This document shows positions 1 through 11,700 of a stretch of DNA of 64,000 nucleotides, in pieces. The notes below the pieces were generated by a model. It ran no database searches. It had not been told where the DNA came from and worked only from the letters and a program-made list of their open reading frames with translations. A program made the translations under genes and the position numbers. This DNA comes from a virus (lineage: Duplodnaviria; Caudoviricetes): IMG/VR virus record IMGVR_UViG_3300033475_000012, positions 16,292-80,291 of that record. One strand, written 5' to 3'. Position 1 is the first letter of the stretch. Every line of letters begins with the position of its first letter.

Positions 1-1155
1 AGCCCATCGATATCCTGTTCCGACATTAGAGTTTGTATTACCGCTTCCGCCGCCTCCCGTATTTGATATAATACCACCGGAAATAGATATCCCTGTACCG
101 GCAGTCATATTCACTAAATTTCCTGAATTATCATATCCGACAATAGTATTGGCTGAATTTGAAAAATTACCCAATAGACCGGAAAAGTTTGACGTAACAA
201 GTCTAGTCCCCGTACCTGCCAAAGAATTAATACTGAAATTTCCACTATTGTCAATATTCGCCCGGTTGGATGAATTTGTTTGAAAAATCAAAGAATTTCC
301 TACGGAGGATAATATCAATGGTGTTCCGCTTATGGTTAACTGTCCTCCACCGCTACTAAAAGTGGATATGCCGCCACTTGTTCCTCCTATCAAAAGATTA
401 CCATTGCTTGTTCCCAAACTTGAACCTATCGACAATGTATTACTGGATGTGTTGTACAAGAATTGACCCACTCCGCCTAGTGTCCCAGAATTATTGAAAA
501 TAACTTGCTGATTGGAACTTGAAATGGCGTTCTGTTTATTCCCTATTTGTGATGGAGTTACATAAGTAGTTCCGCTATCTCTTTTTCGGATAAAGAAATT
601 TCCCATAGCTGCGCTATCGGCATTAAACACCTTAGTTGTCCCGGAGATAGATTGAGTGATCCATAACCCCGGATTAACAGCAGAATCTACACTTCCGGAA
701 GTATTGCACGTTGGACACGAAATTACCCCTGTAGATTGATTGAAAGATATAGGAGATGTTCCGGATATGGCATTAAGGCCTACTTTGGTCGCCAATTGCC
801 CGTAAACGCCATTTCGCATAGTGTCTACTGAAAACTTTGTAGCATAAGTAAGACTGTCTGAAAAAGATAATATTTGACGCCATGTATGTCCTCCTGAAAT
901 CACCGTGTCTCTATACCATAAATGCCTAGAGCTATCGTCGTATACAATTCCACCTAAAGTATCAAGGCCCGAATTTAACCCAAAACCATTTACGGGATTG
1001 AATCCATGTATATGCGGGGCATACATATTCAAAAGAGCCCTCCAACGGGAGTCTTGTACGGTTACAGAAGAATTTGATCTGGGGGGCGCAAACGTCTGAG
1101 CGGAGGAAGTTATTCCAACGATCACCAAAATGAAAAGTATAATGAGTTTCTTCAT
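1..1155 (-). CDS. Ser/Gly/Thr/Asn-rich fibre/spike-like protein with an N-terminal Sec signal peptide (5' part; runs off the left edge; not in the ORF track)
   Basis: Manual translation from ATG at 1155 gives 385 codons with no stop to base 1: MKKLIILFILVIVGITSSA|QTFAPP... Low-complexity beta-rich composition; lies at the distal end of the virion module. Confidence 0.8.
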   Translation of the reverse strand, partial: MKKLIILFILVIVGITSSAQTFAPPRSNSSVTVQDSRWRALLNMYAPHIHGFNPVNGFGLNSGLDTLGGIVYDDSSRHLWYRDTVISGGHTWRQILSFSDSLTYATKFSVDTMRNGVYGQLATKVGLNAISGTSPISFNQSTGVISCPTCNTSGSVDSAVNPGLWITQSISGTTKVFNADSAAMGNFFIRKRDSGTTYVTPSQIGNKQNAISSSNQQVIFNNSGTLGGVGQFLYNTSSNTLSIGSSLGTSNGNLLIGGTSGGISTFSSGGGQLTISGTPLILSSVGNSLIFQTNSSNRANIDNSGNFSINSLAGTGTRLVTSNFSGLLGNFSNSANTIVGYDNSGNLVNMTAGTGISISGGIISNTGGGGSGNTNSNVGTGYRWA

Positions 1156-1156
1156 A

Positions 1157-1594
1157 TTAAAACGTTTGAGGCCCATTGATGAATATCAAGAACAAATCTG
1201 CCGAAGTATAAGTGCCGGGGATAAGAATTTGGACACCAGACACGCCTCCGACTATATCGGGAGCCCATGTGCTATTAGGATAAGATGGAGATGCGGAATT
1301 ATAGGTTAAAAATCCTTGACCTTGATAATAAACAATCAGATTAAACCCAGACAAAGGATTGCCAGATGGTGGAATATATTTATTTGATCCATTTAAATCA
1401 GCCCCAGTAAACATTATAATTCCATTGCTGAAAAGCTGGTTATAAAGACACTGCTTAACCGATCCCCACGTACGGAAGGCATATCCCCCAGTCTGGCCTG
1501 CTACATTTATGAAAAGGATTTGTTCGTTGTCGGCGGGGCACCCGGAGGCCAGCGGCGCTAGTGTAGAAAATTCTCCTTGACAAGGTGCTGCCAT
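1157..1594 (-). CDS. hypothetical virion-module protein (145 aa)
   Basis: Tightly packed in the operon (stop 1 nt before the next ATG); G/S/N/P-rich, like tail accessory proteins. Confidence 0.65.
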   Translation of the reverse strand: MAAPCQGEFSTLAPLASGCPADNEQILFINVAGQTGGYAFRTWGSVKQCLYNQLFSNGIIMFTGADLNGSNKYIPPSGNPLSGFNLIVYYQGQGFLTYNSASPSYPNSTWAPDIVGGVSGVQILIPGTYTSADLFLIFINGPQTF

Positions 1595-1598
1595 GATA

Positions 1599-2000
1599 TT
1601 AGTTTAAGAGTGCGCTACACCCATTTATAAGAATTTGACAATTATTCATTAAAGCATTATGCTGCGAACATCCACACATCTGAACTTCACACCCATTGAT
1701 CAATATCATGCACCCGTTTATGTACGGGAAACATTCTACACATGGACAACATTGACAGTTGGAAGCTACATATTGATCGTAGGCCGACTGAGATTGGAAT
1801 AAAGTACTTCCAAAAGTTTGTTCTCCATACTTGACAATGAACGCTCTTTTGGCTATAATGACATTTACCCCTGCATCATAATCCCGGTAGACCATTTCCC
1901 CAATGGGTATCACCCTATCGCACTGAAATGTGAAATTTACTGGCGATTCCTGTATCTCACCATTGACTATATCAGCCGGAAAAATAAAGCTCTTAGCCAA
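1599..2000 (-). CDS. hypothetical protein with a Cys-rich C-terminus carrying INGC-type repeats (133 aa, TTG start)
   Basis: C-terminus CQCCPCVEC-FPYINGC-MILINGC-...-ALMNNC-QILINGC; operon packing. Confidence 0.65.
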   Translation of the reverse strand: MAKSFIFPADIVNGEIQESPVNFTFQCDRVIPIGEMVYRDYDAGVNVIIAKRAFIVKYGEQTFGSTLFQSQSAYDQYVASNCQCCPCVECFPYINGCMILINGCEVQMCGCSQHNALMNNCQILINGCSALLN

Positions 2001-2079
2001 CTCATTTTGGCCGAAAGTTAATGAAAATCAGTAAGGGAGGAAGTGAATGCATCCCATTTGGGGGACAATTGTATTACAA

Positions 2080-3339
2080 TTATATAAAGGAGATGCCCGC
2101 TTTAGAAAGACGTTCTAATGACTTTTTGGCCTTATCTACACTGTCCATTTTGATAGAAATATCGAATCCCTCTATTGAATAAGCAACCTCTTTGGCTTTT
2201 TTTATGGCTTCGTCCATGGTTCTCCCTAATCCAACTACGGCCCCCATTTCTTTCATTTTTTGACCGTTGGGTGTGTAATATGAAATACCATCGTCGTCAA
2301 TGACCAAGTTCTTTATCTTTACAAATTTTTTATTCTCTTCTGGAATTTTTATGGGAGATGGGTCTGTTTCGGCTAAATCAGATTTTATTATAAACTGACA
2401 GGCATATTCGTAATCAAATCTTATTTCAGGTATTTTACCACCAGCAATCGTCCAAACTATTTCTGGGAAATTAGTCCACCAACTTGTTAGGATGGATGTG
2501 GGTGGCTGTCCAAAACGACAAGTGTAATCGAGCATATACCCCACCTTATCTTTGCCTATGATAGTTTCATTAGAGAATATACCGTTATACTCCATATCAT
2601 TAAAGATCGGGGCAAGCCTATCGGTAATATCCTTTACTTGTCTTGGCAACGAATGATAAGGCACCATCCTCGTTATATACATACAATCTTTAACTTCTAG
2701 ACCGGCACTACAATAATAAGTATACGCTCCATTGGCTGTGGGAATATCAATACCTATTTCGGATAATCCGTCGATATGGTGTTCTACTGTATATTTTGGT
2801 TGATTTTGGAATATCTTCAATCCTGATTTAATTCTTTCAACTTCACCTTTTGAAAAAATCCAATCCTTATGCTCCCATGTTTCTCCATCCCCTCGAAGTC
2901 CCCCCTTAACCCAAGAATGCGGCGCATTTTTCAATATTTCAGATAAACCATCAACACCATCAGCTTCGTAATAAGGGCCAACCGGCAGACCCAACTCTTT
3001 TAATATTCTCTTGCCTAATCTTCTGTCATTTTCTAATTCTGATGCAAAAAAACTACCGAATACTCTCTTACCTAAATTTTTCCAATGTTTCTGAAGGTAA
3101 GGTTCATGTGCGTCCGTAGTTACAACAATACTACATTGATCTATAACAGAAGCCCATTCCTTTACCCGTTCGATATTAGGCACATTACGAGCCATATCCA
3201 TAGCCTCGTGAGAAGGATTGCCATTCATCACATAAGGACCGGTATAGAAAACACGTTCGAAAGACTCCGCAAGACGAATAGCGATTTCCATCTTGTCATA
3301 GTAGTCATATACTAAACAGCATTCATTGGACAAATCCAT
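2080..3339 (-). CDS. PurD-like ATP-grasp amide ligase (about 419 aa)
   Basis: Motifs align by eye with PurD/ATP-grasp: LENDRRLGKRILKELGLP, WVKG, VEHHIDG, YNGIF...MLDYTCRFGQP. Start moved to MDLSNEC (3339) because the longer ORF overlaps the upstream endonuclease. Confidence 0.8.
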   Translation of the reverse strand: MDLSNECCLVYDYYDKMEIAIRLAESFERVFYTGPYVMNGNPSHEAMDMARNVPNIERVKEWASVIDQCSIVVTTDAHEPYLQKHWKNLGKRVFGSFFASELENDRRLGKRILKELGLPVGPYYEADGVDGLSEILKNAPHSWVKGGLRGDGETWEHKDWIFSKGEVERIKSGLKIFQNQPKYTVEHHIDGLSEIGIDIPTANGAYTYYCSAGLEVKDCMYITRMVPYHSLPRQVKDITDRLAPIFNDMEYNGIFSNETIIGKDKVGYMLDYTCRFGQPPTSILTSWWTNFPEIVWTIAGGKIPEIRFDYEYACQFIIKSDLAETDPSPIKIPEENKKFVKIKNLVIDDDGISYYTPNGQKMKEMGAVVGLGRTMDEAIKKAKEVAYSIEGFDISIKMDSVDKAKKSLERLSKAGISFI

Positions 3340-3343
3340 AACA

Positions 3344-4210
3344 CTAAGTTGTTTTATATTTCCAATAAAATCCTTTAAATACAATTCCGCTAACACAGGC
3401 ATCGGATATCCCATGCCTATAGGCTCCTATATTGTCTTTTTCAGCCCGATTGAGAGAAAGATATTCGGATATAATTTCTCCTTCTAATGATATTTTTAAT
3501 ACATTAGGGAATCCTCTGGATTTCTTTATTTTATTTATGGATTCGTCCGTATGTTTTTTACCAAAAAAACTATTTTTTTCATTTCTCCTATCTTCGGACA
3601 TTTTTGCTTTCGTTTCATCCGATGCTTTACGACCGAAACTATGACAATATGGTCCCCTTTTTCCATACGCCCAATGTTTTTCTCCTTTTTGAGATTCACT
3701 CATTTTTTTGATTGACTCTTCGGAATGTTTTTTACGGTAAAATGGGTTGTCTTTTCCCATTTTTTTACCCTTTTTTATGGCACTAATTTTATCTCCCGTT
3801 TCTTTTGGCCTTTTTCTACCTCTATGAAATTCAGCCAATCTAGCATATTTTTCCTTAGAAATAAAACACTTCCCTTTTCTGCTTTCGCTCATCTTCTTTT
3901 TGGTTGATTCAGAATGAATCATACCTAATACTCCATCGCCTCCGTTAGTTAAGTTACACAAAATGCCACCATTAGATTTCCTTCCATACAAACTAATAAA
4001 CTCCTTTTCTTTTTCAATAGCATCTTCCCACGATATATTATCCACTATTATTTGAACCTCATATGAAGTATTTTTAACTATATTATGCCAATGCCTATTT
4101 CTGTCCAGCATAGAATTAGCTCTTGTGTACTTTCCATTATCATCACTACCTATACCAATATAAAATGGCTCGTTCTTATCAAGTCTTATATGTCTATATA
4201 CGTATGCCAT
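3344..4210 (-). mobile_element. free-standing GIY-YIG homing endonuclease with NUMOD3 repeats
   Basis: N-terminal YVYRH...FYIGIG; repeated HSEstkkKMSesrkG-type NUMOD3 units; likely start MAYVYRH at 4210. Confidence 0.85.
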
Positions 4211-4212
4211 TA

Positions 4213-4644
4213 TTACTCTTTTATAGGTTGAATAAACCACCCTTTACCGTATCGTTCGCTATACCAGTTTTCTTCGAGATATTGGGAATCTAGCTTTTCT
4301 ATCTCTCCTGTTGCTGGATTATATATTGTAAAGAATCCGTGTCCTTGACCTAGAACAACGCAGTAATGCCCGTCCTTGCCGTCTTCGTCTTCATACTGGT
4401 AGTTAATGATAGCTGGCAAGAATTCCTGTAAAGATGATATATGGGCATTGTCCCAGCTTACCCATTTCATTCCAAAATGCTTAAACGCCTTTTTAATCCC
4501 CTCGTGAGAAGTGCCATCCTCTTCCGTGGCCCCCATTATTGGCTCCAAAGCTTCTGGCAATACTTTGTGACCGTGTAATCCCAAAAGAAACCATGCGGCA
4601 TATATTCCACACGTATAATTCTTGTCTTGTTCTATTGGTCTCAC
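4213..4644 (-). CDS. stand-alone C39-like cysteine peptidase (143 aa)
   Basis: Q-x4-C (EQDKNYTCG), GTS...I, HYCVV and IYNP reproduce the C39 Cys/His/(Asp/Asn) layout; no ABC domain. Confidence 0.8.
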   Translation of the reverse strand: MRPIEQDKNYTCGIYAAWFLLGLHGHKVLPEALEPIMGATEEDGTSHEGIKKAFKHFGMKWVSWDNAHISSLQEFLPAIINYQYEDEDGKDGHYCVVLGQGHGFFTIYNPATGEIEKLDSQYLEENWYSERYGKGWFIQPIKE

Positions 4645-5138
4645 AGTTCTTGTTTATATAAAGTTACCATTTCTGCGGTTTGATACCAATCATCTATATG
4701 CTCAACCGCTTCCGCCCCGAATGATTTATTTAGTTGCAACGAGCCGTTATGCCGGGCGTGTCCTACGACTATTTTCCAACCTTCGGCTCTCAAATAACCT
4801 AGCATATAAGATTTAAGGATGCCCCCAAATCCCTGTTTTTGAAACTTAGGTAGAATAGTATTGGAATAACAGTATACAGCTTCTTTACCGTAAAATGGAT
4901 CAAGTCCATCGTAATCTTGGTGCTCATCTGCATCCCAATCCTGCATAAGGTCTAATGGAAGGAAATACGTTTCTCCTATTAGTTCTCCCGTTTCACCATC
5001 TTTCAAATAAACAAACTCCGCCCCTTCTTCAGCCAATTCTTTTTTATCTTCCAAAGACATGGATAGGTTTTCTGGATAAATCGATTCAAAAACCATTGAT
5101 TCCTCTACGGGAATGTTATGAACAAATTTTAGTATCAT
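4641..5138 (-). CDS. GNAT-family acyltransferase (165 aa)
   Basis: Acyl-CoA motif A (TILPKFQKQGFG) and downstream N-x-x-S-x-x-L-x-x-x-F-G (NGSLQLNKSFG). Confidence 0.85.
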   Translation of the reverse strand: MILKFVHNIPVEESMVFESIYPENLSMSLEDKKELAEEGAEFVYLKDGETGELIGETYFLPLDLMQDWDADEHQDYDGLDPFYGKEAVYCYSNTILPKFQKQGFGGILKSYMLGYLRAEGWKIVVGHARHNGSLQLNKSFGAEAVEHIDDWYQTAEMVTLYKQEL

Positions 5139-5710
5139 TTGCTTTGAATTAAATATTTTTTAGCTAAATCTGGATTGTTTAAAGAACGAACGTAGTCTTC
5201 CATGTTAACTCCGAAGTCATATTTTTCTCCTGTATTGGTCGATCTATATGAAGTAGGGTAGAAGAGACGGCTTGTGATACTGCCTAACCAACCGTCCACC
5301 GGAGATACTTCTCGGTCAAGATAAGGACTAGTTCCACTTGCCGTTCTAAGACCTCTTTTTATGAAGGCAATTTCTTCCGGCTTTAGTCCGGGGAACCTAT
5401 CCGTTTTTCTCAAAAGGTATTGCTCATATTGGATGTTTGGTATGATAGATGGATCAATGGCTCTATCTGGATTAGCGGCATTCCATTTTTTCAAATAGGA
5501 TAACCCTAAGGTTTGATCCCTTTTGTCCAAATCAGCCTTCCCACCTACGCCTTCCTTTTGCAGGTAATCCAAAAAGTCGTTCCAATCCTTCCGCTGCATG
5601 ACAGAAAGAGTCTTATACCCTTTTGGCGCGTCTTTGTATTCATCAGAAGGCGGTGTCCCCCCGCCGCCTTTGCCACCACCCTCTTCTGCCATATAGTAAA
5701 GTCTTATCAT
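5135..5710 (-). CDS. hypothetical protein with Gly-rich N-terminal motif (191 aa)
   Basis: ATGA overlaps with both neighbours; N-terminus MIRLYYMAEEGGGKGGGG; internal VDGWLGSITS resembles the DGxxGxxT peptidoglycan-binding motif (weak). Confidence 0.7.
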   Translation of the reverse strand: MIRLYYMAEEGGGKGGGGTPPSDEYKDAPKGYKTLSVMQRKDWNDFLDYLQKEGVGGKADLDKRDQTLGLSYLKKWNAANPDRAIDPSIIPNIQYEQYLLRKTDRFPGLKPEEIAFIKRGLRTASGTSPYLDREVSPVDGWLGSITSRLFYPTSYRSTNTGEKYDFGVNMEDYVRSLNNPDLAKKYLIQSK

Positions 5711-8700
5711 TCTGGATTTTCTTCGTTTTGACGGTAAATCTCGTCTATTTGCTGATTCATTTCATTCATGATTTGCCCTCGACGTTCGGCCTTTTCTTCT
5801 TTGGAAAGACTTGTGTTTGTCTCCACTTCAGTAATTTGATCTCGATAAGCCTTTTGGGTAGCCACAGCTTGTTTATAATATCCTTCTGATAATGCGCCCT
5901 TTTTGCTGAACCCTGGAAGATGGATGAGATAATCGGATGGGCGAAATACTTTACGCTTCATTGGGTTTCCGTTTTGATCCACATCCTGCCATTGACCCGA
6001 AGCGTATTTTTGCTGAATGCTTTGAATTGCGCCGCCAGCTAATGGCCCGGCTACTTTATCGATCATTGGAATCGAATTCATGATGTGGTTGATGTGAGTC
6101 AAGGCGTCATCCGAAACCGCCCTTGCCGTAGACTCGCCATCTACTATTTTATTTTGATATACCTGAACCAGAGACAACCCAAACAATGCGGATTGAAGTT
6201 GGGGAGCGTGTTCCATTATTTTAGCCGCCGTCTCCGGAACCACCCAATCTCCTATTTTTATTTCAGAGGTCTTTATCTCTGGAACCCCTGTTTCCAATTC
6301 TCTTTTTAACTTCTTTTGGTCTTCTGCCGTCTGCCCCTTATGAGCGAATCCGCCAAAGGCCGCATGACCCAAGACGGCCAACGCGTATATGCCTAGTCCA
6401 AATCCACCTTTACGGTAGGCCCTAACAATAGCAGCGGCCTTATCGGCATCCATTTTTTGCAACTGTTCTCCCAATTCCTTTTTGAACTGTGCTCTTTCAT
6501 TTTCTCCCCACTCTGACTGAAGGACTATTTTCTTTGCTTTTAAATATTCCTTGCCGGCAATCCAAGAGCCGGTTAATGCCCCTAGCGTATATTCCATAAT
6601 CCCTTCGTAGAGCATATTAATAGGAACACGGGTAATAGCTACATCCGCCCGCATAAGGTAAGCCAACCCCTCTCCCAACTTTCTCGTTTTAGACCCTTCC
6701 GTACCAATTCGTTCTACGGCATTGGTGGCCGAATTCCATGCATCGGTTATAGCGTTACTCTCTTGATACTTGCCTCTTTCAAAGTCTTGGTAACTTTCAT
6801 TAGCAAGTTCCAATATCTTATCAGCCTTTGATACATCTACTCCATTTTGTACGGCATATTCCAAGCGAGCCATGAACCCAGCAGAAAAGCTAAATCTTCC
6901 TGAAAAATTCTTTAATGCAGCATGAGAACGACCGAAGAAGTTGATGAGGTACGACCAATTATCTATATCCGACAAGGACCGTTTAGACAACAATGCCTGT
7001 TCACCTCTTTTGTCCCATGCTTCCCGGTCAAAATTGCCCATATTCCGTTCTAACTCAGTAGAACGATGAAGAAACACATCCCACCCTTCAGACAAAGACT
7101 TCCCTGAAATAAAGTCATACATTTTATACCCAACGGAATTTACAAGGGCATCATTCTTAGCATTCTGCAATTGGCCCAATTTTTTCTCAGCAGAACGATA
7201 TTCGTCCGTATCTTTTCCAACGGCGTATTTGATTCGATTGACCTCTTTTTCTTGATCCTGAAAATCCCCTAATGCCTTATGGTATTTATCAGAAGCGTCT
7301 TGGTACATTTTACCTATCTTATCTTCGCTATACTGTCCAAGATATGCCTTCCATCCACGTTCTATTTGTTTTACGTTACTTCCTTCCCCGCCTGCCTTAG
7401 CTCGTTCGGATACCGTCTTAGTAAAATCAGTAGGTATTTTTTCGAATAACTTACCTACAGTAAGTTTGGTGGCCGTTTCGATAGTAGGACGAATAACGGC
7501 GCTTCCGGCCACTTTTAGGAAAGTGATAGGACTTCCGATCAATCCGGCAACCTCAGCCCCACGCAAGAACTCCCATGCCCGTCTCATTCTGGTTTTGTTA
7601 TCTTTCTGGAATGTCTTTTGACGGTTCTTATATATTTGACCAATAGCATTTTTCTCCCTTTCCAATTTAAGTAGTTCGGCGTCGGTTTTGGATAAGACAG
7701 TGACCGGCTCGTCCTCGTATTCCCCATTGTATATTTTTTTAAAATACATCTCAGCATCTCTCTTGGCTTTATCCTTGGCCCTTTTCAGTTTTATTTCTTG
7801 TTCTGATTCATTCTTATCGGTATCGAATCCATCCACAGCCTTTTGTAAGGAGCGCCGAATGTCGGCAGCTTTTGAAATATCCCCGCTTGTATTTCTGTTG
7901 AATTCGCTTTGAAGACTTTTTAACAAGGACAACCCTCCATCCAAGGTTCGTTCTTGACTTAATGCCGAAGTTGGGTCTAAAACAATACCAGATGCGTCCA
8001 ATTGAGATTTCAATTTTTTTAGGGCCTTTTCTGAATCCGTAGACAGTTCCCCTTTAGACAGCTTTTCTTCAATGGATTTTGAGATATCATTAAGTCGATC
8101 ATTATGGGATTTGGCTCGTTGATCATAAGAAGACTTCTTATACTTATCCTCCCCGGTAATTTTAATGCCCATTGAATCCATAAGATTCTTTCTCTCCCTT
8201 TCTTTGGCTTCAATGGTTTTATCCTCCGGTAACGGTTTACTACTATCTCTTCGAAATATATCCTTCTTATTTTTTAGGTCGTTGATATCTTTTTCAAGTT
8301 TAGCCAGTTTATCGAATTGGCGTTTCGCATCTTTAAAACCACTTTCCAATTGTTTCTTAGTCATCTGCTTAAAATCACCTTGCTTCAGATAGGCTTCCAG
8401 CAAACGGTCTTTTTCTACATCCGGAAGAATAGTTTTAAGTTGGTTCGCAGCTACGTCCAATATTTCATTAGCATCATGCAATCCTACATGAGAATTAATG
8501 TAATCCCGGATAAGATTTTGGCCTACCATTTCGTTGGTAACGTCCATTACGCCATTGTTTTCAGCAAAGTCCTTTATTTTTTCAAAGGATTCGGCACGCA
8601 TATCCTGTTTATCAAGAACGGCAAGTAGATTATCCGTAAACTGCTGCTTATTCCCCCCATGTTCTTTGATGAAACTATCTATGGCTTCGGCCAACGTTGC

Positions 8701-11700
8701 ACCCTTCTCGACGGCCTGTGCTATAAATTCTATTACAAAGTTGACCGTTTGTTTAAATCCAGGGAATGGAACTGACGTTAATTGATCGCCTTTCATCTTT
8801 CCGCCACGTATCCTATCGGCGAAGTCTTTCCCTTTTTCCTTCAAAGTCTTTTCACGCTGTTCGGCTTTGCTGAGTTTTCGGCCTTCTCTGGCCGTCTTTA
8901 GCTGTTTCTCATAGTCTGCCTTCACATCAGCCATTTGCTTGTCAAAGGTTTCCTGCATTCCTCTTTGCTTCAAATCGGCCTCTTTTTGCATTAAAGCCCT
9001 TTCCTGTTCCCATAGCCTAGCACTTTCATCCAATTCCTCTGGCGTCAATCGTTCACCACCTTTAGCTGCAAGCAATTCCATTCGGCGTAACTTCAAGCCC
9101 TCATCCGGATCAATATTGGCCTCGGATTGGAGCATATACATAGCCCTACCAGTCTCTCCTTCTGGATTGGTTACACGGGCGATGTTGTAAAGATCATTAC
9201 TCAATGTAGCCCATGTAGCCACAGCCCCCATGCGCTCCAAGTTGTTATCGCTGTCCCATCCCGGAATCTCAGCCATTCTCTTTTCAGTCTCATTTCTGAG
9301 CACATTGAATACGGCAATATCTTCAGATGTGGGATTGAATAATTCTCCGGCATTCAACCTATCCACAAAATCATTTACACGGGAACGCATGGCCTCATAT
9401 AGCCTTTTGTCAGGATACATGGCCAATACATTCTTCATAGCATTTTGATACGTTTCAGTCCACTTCACTTTCTTGCGGCCCGAAAACAATTCTTTGGCAC
9501 CCTTTATTTCCCGAAGTCGTTCCTTCCGAACGCTGGTAAATTCATCTTTTGGAGACTCCTTCGGCACACGAGGTTCGGAAGGAGGAAGAGGGGGAGCGGG
9601 TGGCGCCGATTTTTCCGCTCCCTCCTTTTCGGTTAGCAGCGGCCCGGAGACTTCTTTCCCTGTACCCCCATCTGGCCGCCCTTTACCTTTCCCTTGGCTT
9701 TCTTGGCCCCCTTGCTTACCTTCGCTGCGTGGGGCATTGGGCTCTGTTTTTTCATCGTTTTCGATTTTTGGTGAAGAAATATCTTTTACCGGTTCTATTT
9801 TTTCTCGTTGAACTGGTTCATCAACTTTAACTGTTTCTCCTTCGGGAGTAACTGAAATTCCTGCATTGTCCATTTCTTTTCTTGCCCCTTCGTTTTCGTT
9901 GAGGAATTGTTCGAATGCTGGTTGTTCATTGGAGATTTGTTTTAGAGTTAATTCATAAGCCAAGTCTTCGGCCACTTGACCACGGAAAGTACGACGCTGA
10001 CCATCCGGCGTTTCCAACTTTACGGCTACTACATTCCCATTCTTATCATGAACGATAGCCTTTAATGGGTCTTCATTTGGATTAACGTAATCTTTCCCAC
10101 GGACGGATATTTTACCTTCAGGGCTTACATCAACGACGGATTTTTCCGTATCGATGCCAAAATCTTTCAATGACCGACCACCGACCTCGTTGATGTTACC
10201 TAATTCATATTCTCGATTACTGTTTTCTGGTTTAAATATTACCGTCTGTCCATCTTGGATGAAAGTTCCACGCTGACCCTTGTAGACACCTTTTTTATCC
10301 AACATTTCTGAGACGGTAATATTGTCTTCCGGAGCTATTTCTTGCCCCGTGCTGTCCGTTCGGCGATTGCCACGATCTGCTGGTGGCTGCGCTTCTTCTT
10401 CCCGTGGTGCGCCAACTCGTGGATGTTCTTTCCCACCTGCTTGTTGATCGCCTTCTCCGACTTTCCCTTTGCCTTCGGTAGCGGCATACGTACCTCCTTG
10501 TTTTATAAGTTGTTCAGAATGATCGGCTCCAAATTCTTTCATGGCCTCTTCTCTGGTGATTATTCTCCCATCAGATGTTCTAAACATCCCATCTCGTTCT
10601 CTGTCAATTTGAGACACATCTTCACCAGCTTGTCTAGCTTTTTCTATTGCTTCACCATGATCATTACCTTCGTAAACCTTATCACCTATTTTAATAACAG
10701 CGCTTTCTACTTTAGGCGCTTCCGGATATAGCATTTTGGCCATATCAACGATGTCATTGCCGTATTGCTCTCTGGCTGATTTTTCGGCATCGGGTAAGTC
10801 CGACTTAATGGGATTGCCATCCGAATCTCTCATTATACCATGTACTTGATCGGAAACTGTCTTGAAAAATTCTTCCGGATTGGATTTGGCCACAAAGTAA
10901 AAAGCTCCCAATTTTTCTTTGTTAGCCTCGATAAGATCAGCACCGTGTTCGGCTAAGTCTTTACCTGATATTTCAGCCTCTCCCTTGGCTGAAACGAAAT
11001 CTTTATAACGTTGAGCAAATTCTGGATCATCTAAAAAATGAGCGCCTTTGATCGTTCCCTCATTCATCCATTGCTTGATTATCCCCGTAGATTCAAGGTC
11101 TTTAAAGGATTTGTCGGACAAGAAAATAGGCGTCCCTTCAGAACTCATCAAATAATACCCTTTAGCATCGCCATTGGCGGCAGCTTTAGCCTGTTCTCTA
11201 TAATCCTTGGCTTTATCTTTGTATACTTCAGCCAATGTTTTATTCCCTTCTTTTTGAGCCTGTTCGGAAAGATAATCGTGCTGATCGGCCAATGCTAAAT
11301 TATGAGCCTGATAAAGGTCATTAACATTAGTCCGGTCTAAATTTCCGGATTTAATGTTCCTTTCAAGATTTGTGCTATAAAGAAGAGTGTTTTTTAAATC
11401 AATCAGCTGCCTTTTACCCTCATCATTTAATCCATCAACATCAATATTGATGGTATGAAGTTTCAACGCATCTCTCAAATAATTTCCATTCCCGTTCATT
11501 TCCTGTCCCAAGGCATAATTTTGAGACAATTGATTTTTGAAGTCCCCTTCAGCAGTCGTTAGTTTTTGCCAATTTTTTAGATTGTGCATGTATTGTCCCG
11601 GTGCATGGATTAAAGAGAACCCAGCACCCATAATCATGGCATTGGCTACATTATCCTTGAAATCATCGGACTGCATATAGTCGAAAAAATCAGTAGGATG

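Noticed and set aside
2080-3414. purD as an auxiliary purine-metabolism gene, and the 3414 start
   Set aside because: No other pur genes, PurD-specific motifs not seen, context is virion and peptide-modifying genes; the extension overlaps the endonuclease gene.
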